Below are positions 38,708 through 46,055 of a stretch of 64,000 bases of DNA, in pieces. The DNA is taken from contig CALVRV010000003.1 in NCBI GenBank assembly GCA_944358865.1, positions 18,843 through 82,842 on the forward strand, in the 5' to 3' direction. Below the pieces are notes generated by a model. That model saw nothing but the letters and a program-made list of their open reading frames with translations, was not told the origin of the DNA and did not search any database. The translations under genes and the position numbers were made by a program. Position 1 is the stretch's first letter. Every line of letters begins with the position of its first letter. Origin of the DNA: an uncultured Bacilli bacterium (GTDB taxonomy: Bacteria; Bacillota_I; Bacilli_A; RFN20; CAG-826).

Positions 38708-40231
38708 ATGAAAAAACTATCTTTGATTGGTGTTGGAGCACTTGTCGTAGCGCTAGGTCTTGTAGCTTGCGAGCCTAGCGTTACTACAACGACAAGTGGC
38801 ACTAACACAGATCCTACAACAACTACAAGTCAAGAACCAGCCAAAAATGTTACGATTACTTTCTGGCATACTTTTGGTCAATCAATTGTTGAAACACTTA
38901 CTGAAAAAATTCAAGAATTTCATGACCTTGTTTTAGAAAACGAAAACGTAAATGTTACAGTTGAATTATCATATTCTGGTTCATATGATGATATTTTAAC
39001 CAAAATTAACAATGGTTTCTCTGCTGGTAATATTCCTACTATCGCAGTTGCTTATCCTGACCATGTTGCAGATTATTTATCTAGAGAAACTTATGATGGT
39101 CAATATGTTGTTAATTTAGAGCCTTATATTAACAATGAAGAATATGGTTTTAATACTCAACCATACCTTGGTGATGAAGAAGGCTTAGATGATTTTATTG
39201 AATCTTATTATCAAGAAGGTACTTCCTATGCAAAAGAAGGTGTCTTCTCCTTGCCATTAATGAAATCAAGCGAAGTTATGTTTTATAATGAAAACATTAT
39301 TTCTCTTGCTTTAACCGGTAATTCAAATTTCCAAGGATATAAACCTACTCCAGATTTTATTCCTAGTGAAACAAATATTAGAAATTATATGGAAAATCTT
39401 ACTTGGGATGAATTTATGAATTTCTGTCAATTCATTAATGATAATAAATCTTATTTTGCTAACACTATTGAATATCCTGCATATTATGATAGTGATGGTA
39501 ACTTATTTATTACTAAAATGTATCAAAATGATATTCCTTATGCTTCTGTTGATGAAAATGGCAGAGGTGTCATTGAATTTGAAAGTGGCACAGCAAGAAC
39601 TCAAGCTGAACAATTAATTGCAGATCTTAATGCTGAACACGAAGCAGGATTATTTACCACAAAAGGTGTTGAAGGCACATATGGTAGTAATAACTTTACC
39701 GAAGTAAAATCAGTTTTCTCAATTGGTTCTTCTGGCGGCACTGGCTATACTGTTCCCACCAGCGGCACATTTAATGTTCGTGCCGTTAAAGTTCCATATG
39801 ATAATGACAATCCTATCTATGTTTCCCAAGGCCCAACATTATGTATTATGAACAATCCAAGATACAGTGAAGAAGAAAATTCTTTAAGACAAGAATATGC
39901 TTGGAGATTTATTAAATATTTAACTAACGCTGAAGTTAATGTTGAATTATGTATTCGTGGAAGTAATGGATATGTTCCAGTTAGACATTCTGCTTATGAA
40001 AGTGAAGATTTTACCTCTTTCTTATTAGGTGGAGATATTTATGCTGAAACCGCATCTGTTATTTTAGACGATATTAATAACGAATTTATTGTTAGTCCTG
40101 TTTTTAAAGGTTCTGCAGAACTTAGAGAACAAGGTGGCAGTATTATTACTAGTGTTTTCACTGATCAAAAAACAAATATTACCCAAGCTTTTGACGATGC
40201 AATTAACGAAACAAAGATTGCAATGTCTTAA
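38708..40231 (+). CDS. second ABC substrate-binding lipoprotein (paralogue)
   Basis: Lipobox LGLVAC, a Thr-rich stalk, then ITFWHTFGQS.... The shared C-terminal motif SPVFKGS and the ending ...NETxxAMS match 37072-38634. Confidence 0.75.
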   Translation: MKKLSLIGVGALVVALGLVACEPSVTTTTSGTNTDPTTTTSQEPAKNVTITFWHTFGQSIVETLTEKIQEFHDLVLENENVNVTVELSYSGSYDDILTKINNGFSAGNIPTIAVAYPDHVADYLSRETYDGQYVVNLEPYINNEEYGFNTQPYLGDEEGLDDFIESYYQEGTSYAKEGVFSLPLMKSSEVMFYNENIISLALTGNSNFQGYKPTPDFIPSETNIRNYMENLTWDEFMNFCQFINDNKSYFANTIEYPAYYDSDGNLFITKMYQNDIPYASVDENGRGVIEFESGTARTQAEQLIADLNAEHEAGLFTTKGVEGTYGSNNFTEVKSVFSIGSSGGTGYTVPTSGTFNVRAVKVPYDNDNPIYVSQGPTLCIMNNPRYSEEENSLRQEYAWRFIKYLTNAEVNVELCIRGSNGYVPVRHSAYESEDFTSFLLGGDIYAETASVILDDINNEFIVSPVFKGSAELREQGGSIITSVFTDQKTNITQAFDDAINETKIAMS

Positions 40232-40246
40232 TAATAGGAGGTAACT

Positions 40247-41761
40247 ATGACAAAATTTAAATCATTATCTTTATTATTAGGTGTTGGTGTTCTTGCTGTT
40301 TCTTTAGCTAGTTGTACTCCAGAAACTACAACTACAACTACAACAACTACAGAAGAGCCACCTACAACAACAACTACTACTAGTGAAGATTCTTTACCAG
40401 AATGGGTTGATTATGTTCATTCTGGAGAAGTCCAATTAACTTTAGATTATGAAGGACATGACTTTTATCAAGATGGTATTGGTCAAATGACTTTACAATA
40501 TGAAGGTCAATGTATTGATGGAGACACTGTCCACTTTACACCATTAGTAACTACAACTAGTAGCGAAAGAATTAAATCTAGATTCTATGGTGTCGATACA
40601 CCTGAGTCAACTGGACAAATTCAAATGTGGGGTAAAGAAGCTAGCGATTTCACTCATGAAAAAGTTTGGAACGCTGCTCAAAATGGAACAATTGTTTTAT
40701 CAAGTCCATATAATGATTATCATAAACCAGAAACTGATTCTACTGGTGAAAGATATGTTACTTTAGTTTGGATTAATGAAACAAAGAAAAACGCTCCAAA
40801 AGAAGAATTAGTGTTATTAAATCTTTGGCTCGTTCAAGAAGGATATTCTACCGCTAAAAACGTTACTGATTTCCCAGAAATGGCAACAGTATTTGTTCAA
40901 GCTGAAACTCAAGCTATTGCATATAAATTACATATGCATAGTGATGAGATTTCACCTTCATGGCCACCCGATGATTATAAAGTAGTTTCTTTATTAGATC
41001 TTAAAAAATCTCTTGAACAAACTTTGGAAGATCCTAATTATGATAATCCATATGATAATGTAAGAATTATCTTTACTGGAACAGTCGCAGGTTATGCAAA
41101 TAACATTTTATATTTAGTGCAACATTTTAGTGAAGAAGAGGGTGCGCGTTACCCGGGTGGTGAATATGCTGGTATCAACATATTCTGTGGTATGAGCCAA
41201 ATTCCTAGCAAATATAGTGTTAGAAACACATATTTAGAAATTCATGGTACAGCTACTTTAAGTAATTTTGGCTTCCAAATTAGTGACGTCCAAGGAAGAT
41301 TCCCAAATTCTGTTTCTTATTCTGAACACGATGCAAAAATTTTAAGAACAGCTGAAGAAAATGCTGAAACTGAAGATTCATTACATGTCTTTGAATATAC
41401 AGCAGAAGAATTAAATGATGTCGTCAATGCGACCGATTTACAAACAAAATATGAATGTCTAAATGCTTATGTTCAAGTGACTGAACCTTTAACTGTTCAA
41501 GATGTTTATGTTGCTGCTAGTGATGAAATAACTCTTTATTTATCTGGGTGTGACTTTGATGCTTATGTAACATTTATGTATGCTGGTGATCCAAATAATT
41601 CATACCAATATTGGGTTAAAGAAGCAGATTGGATTGGAAAACGTTTACTCATCAGTGGGCTTTATGTCTACCATGATTCAATGTCAGGAAGAAGATCTTG
41701 GCAAATCAACCCATGTTCTCCTAGCGATGTTGTTTGGGTTGATGCACCTAGTGCTGAATAA
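40247..41761 (+). CDS. staphylococcal (micrococcal) nuclease-domain surface lipoprotein with an OB-fold-like C-terminal region
   Basis: Lipobox SLASC and a TTTTTTTTT stalk. SNase motifs are IDGDTVHF, RFYGVDTPES, GKEASDF, DSTGERYVTLVW and LVQEGYS. Confidence 0.8.
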   Translation: MTKFKSLSLLLGVGVLAVSLASCTPETTTTTTTTTEEPPTTTTTTSEDSLPEWVDYVHSGEVQLTLDYEGHDFYQDGIGQMTLQYEGQCIDGDTVHFTPLVTTTSSERIKSRFYGVDTPESTGQIQMWGKEASDFTHEKVWNAAQNGTIVLSSPYNDYHKPETDSTGERYVTLVWINETKKNAPKEELVLLNLWLVQEGYSTAKNVTDFPEMATVFVQAETQAIAYKLHMHSDEISPSWPPDDYKVVSLLDLKKSLEQTLEDPNYDNPYDNVRIIFTGTVAGYANNILYLVQHFSEEEGARYPGGEYAGINIFCGMSQIPSKYSVRNTYLEIHGTATLSNFGFQISDVQGRFPNSVSYSEHDAKILRTAEENAETEDSLHVFEYTAEELNDVVNATDLQTKYECLNAYVQVTEPLTVQDVYVAASDEITLYLSGCDFDAYVTFMYAGDPNNSYQYWVKEADWIGKRLLISGLYVYHDSMSGRRSWQINPCSPSDVVWVDAPSAE

Positions 41762-41783
41762 TCTACATTAGGAGGTAATTGTT

Positions 41784-42263
41784 ATGTTATATTGTTCTAA
41801 CTGTGGTAAAAGAATTGATGAAAAGAAAATCGAAGCAAAAAACAATTCTTTAATTATGCAAAATGATGTTATAAACGAAAATACTAAAGTCGTTTATATT
41901 TGTCCTCGTTGCGAGCATCATATTCACCGCGATTTAGAAGAAATAGAAATTAAGCAATTATCTCGCGCAGCACATGCTGAAATACAAAGAAGTAATAACT
42001 TTTTTGCTTCTGGTATGGGCAATGTTTGTATTGGCGCTATTGCACTAGTTTTAGCTGTCATATTCTATTATTTATCTTGTGATTTAAACAACCAAATGAA
42101 ATTAGATATGTCAAGCGCGGAATTTTATGTGTTTTTAGTGCTTACCATTGTTGGTGGTTTGTTATTAGTAGCGGGTGTTGTTTTAGCCTTGGTTGGTTTA
42201 ATAAAAAAGGCTAGATACAATAATCTGCTTAAGGATATAAATAATAAGACTTTTATCCAATAA
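41784..42263 (+). CDS. zinc-ribbon membrane protein, unknown function
   Basis: CSNCGKRI...CPRCEHHIH is a four-Cys ribbon, followed by two hydrophobic helices. RBS AGGAGG. Confidence 0.6.
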   Translation: MLYCSNCGKRIDEKKIEAKNNSLIMQNDVINENTKVVYICPRCEHHIHRDLEEIEIKQLSRAAHAEIQRSNNFFASGMGNVCIGAIALVLAVIFYYLSCDLNNQMKLDMSSAEFYVFLVLTIVGGLLLVAGVVLALVGLIKKARYNNLLKDINNKTFIQ

Positions 42264-42331
42264 TCTAATAAGAAAGTCTACTTCAAATTCATTTATAGAT
42301 GAATATTGCGATGAATATATAGGAGGAAATT

Positions 42332-45208
42332 ATGAAACTAAAATTATTACCAATCGCATTACTTGCTGTTGTTGGTTTTACTTTAGCAGGTTGTACTCCA
42401 GAAGCTAGCTCGACAAGCCAGCCAACTGTGACGACAACTACAACTGAAGAACCCCCATCAACAACAACAACCACTACAGATCCAGGTCCAAGTGTGACCA
42501 AATTTGAAATTAGTAACAAGACTGATTTAACTGCTGAATGGCATGTTGAAGATGCTGATAGACTAATTAGATTTGACATTGAACCTGCTGCTAATCCACA
42601 AGTTTTAATTAATAATGGTGAATTAGTCATTACATCTAGCAATACTGGTGTCGTTAGTGTTCTTTCTGCAAACTTACACGCCGTAGCAGCTGGACAAGCT
42701 ACTATTACCGCTACATATGCAGGTTTAACCGACACTGTTGAAATTACTGTTTTAGAAAAAGTTGTTTCTCCTGCAATGAAAATTGCTGCTTTACGTGATG
42801 CTATTACAGCTGGAGAAATCGTAAAAGAAGATGAAGTAGTCGTTAATGGTGTTATTACTGCTTATTTTGAAAGCCCAGATCATACATATGCTGGTGCCTT
42901 TATTCAAGATGGCGCTGATGCTATTTCTCTTTATGCTGGTAGCATTTCAAAAGATTTTGAAGCACTAGGTTTAAAACTTGGTGATATAGTTAGAGTTGAA
43001 GGTGCGCTAGATATTTATAATGGTCTAGAACAAATTAAACCTACCGCAATTACTCTTGTCGAAGATGATACTTTACAAAAACCTCAAATTCTTGAAGTTA
43101 CTGATTTTAGCAAATTTAACGCTACCGATTTAGCTCAACAATCTGGTCGTTTAATTAAAGTTACTAACGTTCCATATATTGGTTTAGCTGATAAAAACGA
43201 AATTAGTATTGATGATACTAGTGGTAACCATTACACTGTTAATTTTGGTACTGCAGAACACACAATTCCATATTATGTAAATTATCATGCTGGTAAAAAT
43301 GCTAGAAATAATATTGCTGGTATTTTAAAAGCCTTAGAAGCTGGTGACACTGTTGATTTATATGGTGTTATTGGCTGGTATAATTCACCACAAATCTCTC
43401 CAGTTTATATGATTGGAAGAGATGCTGGTGATTGTATCGTTCCTACTACAGCATTAGATACTCCAACCGCTGTTAGTATCGATACCACTGATCCAGTTTA
43501 TATTGACGTTAATACTGAATTCAGCGCTACTGTTACTCCAAGTGGTGCTAATCAAGCTGTTTTATGGTCCGTTGATGACGCTACCGTTGCTGAAGTTGAT
43601 CAATATACAGGTATTGTCAAAGGATTAAAAGAAGGTACTGTTAATTTAACTGCTACTTCTCGTGTAAATAGTAGTGTTAAAGTTAGCAAAGCTTTAACTG
43701 TTACTGCTGAACCAGTTGACCCAGATGCACCTATAATGATGGAAACTCCAGTCGCTGGACAATATATTGCTGGTATGTTAAATACAACCAATAATACTAC
43801 ATATTACATGATTGGTGGTTTAACTGATCCAAATAATGCTTATTATGCTACAAGCACTAATCCAAACGAAGCTATGTATGTTACGTTAGCCGCCTCTGGT
43901 GATGGCTGGACAATGCAATTAGCAAACGGAAAATATATTGCTGTTGAAGACGGCACAAACTATAACAATCCAATTGAATCTGATACTCCATTTGTTTGGA
44001 CTTGGAATAGTGAATATCATACATTTACCGCTATCGTTGACTCTACAAGAGAAAACGATGATGGTTCTTTACAATATCCTGATGGTAGAGAAATTTTCTT
44101 AGGCACCTATGGAACTTTTGGTACTATTGGTGTTTGTGATGAATATCGTTTTGAAGATGGAAATTACCCATTACATTTATATTCTTACACTATCGTTGAT
44201 GAACCAGTCGACCCAGATGCACCAGTTGTCATGGAAACTCCTGTCGCTGGACAATATATTGGTGGAATGACCGCAAATGATGGTGCTAATTATTATGCTA
44301 ATGGCGAGACCACTGGCAATTACAATAACTATTTAGATACAGATACAAATCCAAATAATGCTATGTATATTTCCTTAGCCGCTTCTGGTGAAGGTTGGAC
44401 ATTACAATTTGCAAGTGGAAAATATATTGGTATCGGAGATGGCGATTCTAATAATAATATCGTTTTACTTGACGAAGCCTTTGTTTGGACTTGGAATAGT
44501 GAATATCAAACATTTACCGCTACTGTAACATCAACTGCAACTGATAAAGATACAGGTGAAACTTTATATCCTGATGGTAGAGAAGTTTATATGGGAACAT
44601 ACAAAACATTTACAACCATTAGTAGAAGCGATACTTCCTTTATGGGTGAAGATGGACAATGTTATTTCCATTTATACACCTATACTATCGTTGATGAACC
44701 AACTCCAGAACCAACCCCGAGCGAATTAATGGCAACATTAGATTTTAGTGCAGTTGAATATGTAAAAGATGAATTAACAGAAAAATTAACAGTAGAAGCA
44801 TTACAAACGATTTTAAATTCAGGTTTAACAGTTGTTGATGGTAAAACATTAACTGTTACTGTTTCATCGACTGACAATATTTATGCTGGAAACGGCACCG
44901 GCGGATATATTGAAAATCAAGGTGGATTTTTAAAAGCAGGAACCAGCAGTAAAAATGGCTCTATAGTACTAAATTTGAGCAGCGAAATTGTTCGTGTTGA
45001 AATTGATTGTGTAAAATGGAATGATAAGTCTTCTGATGAAGTTACTGTAAATGGCGTAACTTTAGATGCTCCTGCATATGAAAACGAAACATTTGGAACA
45101 TTAGGTTTTGATTTTAGCGCAACAACACAATTAGAAATCACAACCGCTAAACGTTGCTTCATTAAAGCTATTAGAGTTTATTGCGCAACCACTACTGTTA
45201 GTGAATAA
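42332..45208 (+). CDS. 958-aa surface lipoprotein: Thr-rich stalk, Big_2 domains, OB-fold-like modules and two 164-aa tandem repeats
   Basis: Lipobox FTLAGC. Big_2-like AAGQATITATYAGLTDTVEITV and KEGTVNLTATSRV. The OB-like segment VVVNGVITAYFES...GDIVRVEGALDIYNGLEQIKP resembles the modules in extracellular nucleases such as YhcR. Confidence 0.65.
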   Translation: MKLKLLPIALLAVVGFTLAGCTPEASSTSQPTVTTTTTEEPPSTTTTTTDPGPSVTKFEISNKTDLTAEWHVEDADRLIRFDIEPAANPQVLINNGELVITSSNTGVVSVLSANLHAVAAGQATITATYAGLTDTVEITVLEKVVSPAMKIAALRDAITAGEIVKEDEVVVNGVITAYFESPDHTYAGAFIQDGADAISLYAGSISKDFEALGLKLGDIVRVEGALDIYNGLEQIKPTAITLVEDDTLQKPQILEVTDFSKFNATDLAQQSGRLIKVTNVPYIGLADKNEISIDDTSGNHYTVNFGTAEHTIPYYVNYHAGKNARNNIAGILKALEAGDTVDLYGVIGWYNSPQISPVYMIGRDAGDCIVPTTALDTPTAVSIDTTDPVYIDVNTEFSATVTPSGANQAVLWSVDDATVAEVDQYTGIVKGLKEGTVNLTATSRVNSSVKVSKALTVTAEPVDPDAPIMMETPVAGQYIAGMLNTTNNTTYYMIGGLTDPNNAYYATSTNPNEAMYVTLAASGDGWTMQLANGKYIAVEDGTNYNNPIESDTPFVWTWNSEYHTFTAIVDSTRENDDGSLQYPDGREIFLGTYGTFGTIGVCDEYRFEDGNYPLHLYSYTIVDEPVDPDAPVVMETPVAGQYIGGMTANDGANYYANGETTGNYNNYLDTDTNPNNAMYISLAASGEGWTLQFASGKYIGIGDGDSNNNIVLLDEAFVWTWNSEYQTFTATVTSTATDKDTGETLYPDGREVYMGTYKTFTTISRSDTSFMGEDGQCYFHLYTYTIVDEPTPEPTPSELMATLDFSAVEYVKDELTEKLTVEALQTILNSGLTVVDGKTLTVTVSSTDNIYAGNGTGGYIENQGGFLKAGTSSKNGSIVLNLSSEIVRVEIDCVKWNDKSSDEVTVNGVTLDAPAYENETFGTLGFDFSATTQLEITTAKRCFIKAIRVYCATTTVSE
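43709..44695 (+). repeat. in-frame tandem duplication, 2 x ~492 bp, inside the 958-aa lipoprotein
   Basis: Unit 1 begins gaaccagttgacccagatgcacc at 43709 and unit 2 begins gaaccagtcgacccagatgcacc at 44201. At the protein level EPVDPDAPxxMETPVAGQYIxGM...FVWTWNSEYxTFTA...YPDGRExxxGTY...HLYxYTIVDEP occurs twice. Confidence 0.85.
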
Positions 45209-45230
45209 TTAAATTTTAAAACTCTTTCTT

Positions 45231-45262
45231 AGTAAGGCTGGCTTACGTCAGCCTTACTTTTT
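45231..45262 (+). terminator. rho-independent terminator ending the long lipoprotein/ABC operon
   Basis: AGTAAGGCTG pairs with CAGCCTTACT around an 8-nt loop, followed by TTTT. Confidence 0.85.
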
Positions 45263-45318
45263 ATAAAAGACATATTTTAATTGTAATAATTTAAAAAATA
45301 TTTTAAGATATTGAGGCT

Positions 45319-45394
45319 GGACCGTTAGCTCAGCTGGCAGAGCAACTGACTCTTAATCAGTGGGTCATAGGTTCGATTCCTATACGGTTCACCA
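45319..45394 (+). tRNA. tRNA-Lys (anticodon CTT)
   Basis: Hand-folded cloverleaf. Acceptor GGACCGT/ACGGTTC, D arm GCTC/GAGC, anticodon arm ACTGA-CTCTTAA-TCAGT, T arm ATAGG-TTCGATT-CCTAT, and an encoded CCA. Confidence 0.9.
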
Positions 45395-45410
45395 ATTTTT
45401 AATATATTTA

Positions 45411-45436
45411 ATCACTGAATGCTCAGTGATTTTTTA
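45411..45436 (+). terminator. rho-independent terminator after tRNA-Lys
   Basis: ATCACTGA-ATGC-TCAGTGAT followed by TTTTT. Confidence 0.8.
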
Positions 45437-45540
45437 TAAAAAAGTCTATTTTTGCAGTGTTTTTTATAAGAAATAACGTATATGTCTTTCTTAGAATTTT
45501 TGTTCTTTTTTTATCGAGTTTTTAATTATATAATTAAAAT

Positions 45541-45984
45541 ATGAAAACACCAAACATAACTACATTAAAAAAATATTTTTCTTCTTTAAAAAAGATGAAA
45601 AGAAAATATGTTACTAGTGAATTGCTTTCAAAAGAAGTTGGAGTGTATCCTGATATTATTAATGAAACATTTTCTTATTTTGATCCAATGGTAAATCTTG
45701 ATTATCAATATAATTTAATGGATCTTTTTGACCAACTAGAAAATCTAATCAATGATCTAAGTAAAGAAAGCGAAAATAAACCCCATAAAAAATTAGTAAC
45801 AAAAAAGCAATTAGAACAATATTCATCAATAAATGATTTTGTTTATCAAAAAATGTCTATTGGTGGATTAATTGATAGAAGTGCATATCTAACTGATACT
45901 GATTTAAGAACTTTAAAAAGGTTAATAAATCAAGAACAATTAGCAAGAAAAAATACTTTAAAGAAAAATAAGAAAAAAAGATAA
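45541..45984 (+). CDS. Rex-N-terminal-like winged-helix DNA-binding protein lacking the NADH-binding Rossmann domain
   Basis: LKKYFSSLKKMKRKYVTSELLSKEVGVYPDIINETFSYFDPMVNLDYQYNLMDLF parallels the Rex segment RLPLYYRFL...[40 protein letters not shown], recalled from memory. There is no GxGxxG motif. The C-terminus is coiled and Lys-rich. Confidence 0.5.
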   Translation: MKTPNITTLKKYFSSLKKMKRKYVTSELLSKEVGVYPDIINETFSYFDPMVNLDYQYNLMDLFDQLENLINDLSKESENKPHKKLVTKKQLEQYSSINDFVYQKMSIGGLIDRSAYLTDTDLRTLKRLINQEQLARKNTLKKNKKKR

Positions 45985-46003
45985 TTTTTTATACTTTTTC
46001 TTT

Positions 46004-46022
46004 TTAGTATAGTATATACTAA
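46004..46022. promoter_or_regulatory. perfect 8-bp inverted repeat (TTAGTATA-gta-TATACTAA) in the PFOR promoter region; candidate operator
   Basis: Read directly from the sequence. It lies about 35 nt upstream of the PFOR start and overlaps -10-like TATACT/TATAGT hexamers. Confidence 0.4.
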
Positions 46023-46055
46023 TTAATGGTCGAAATTGATTTTTTGGAGGATTTT

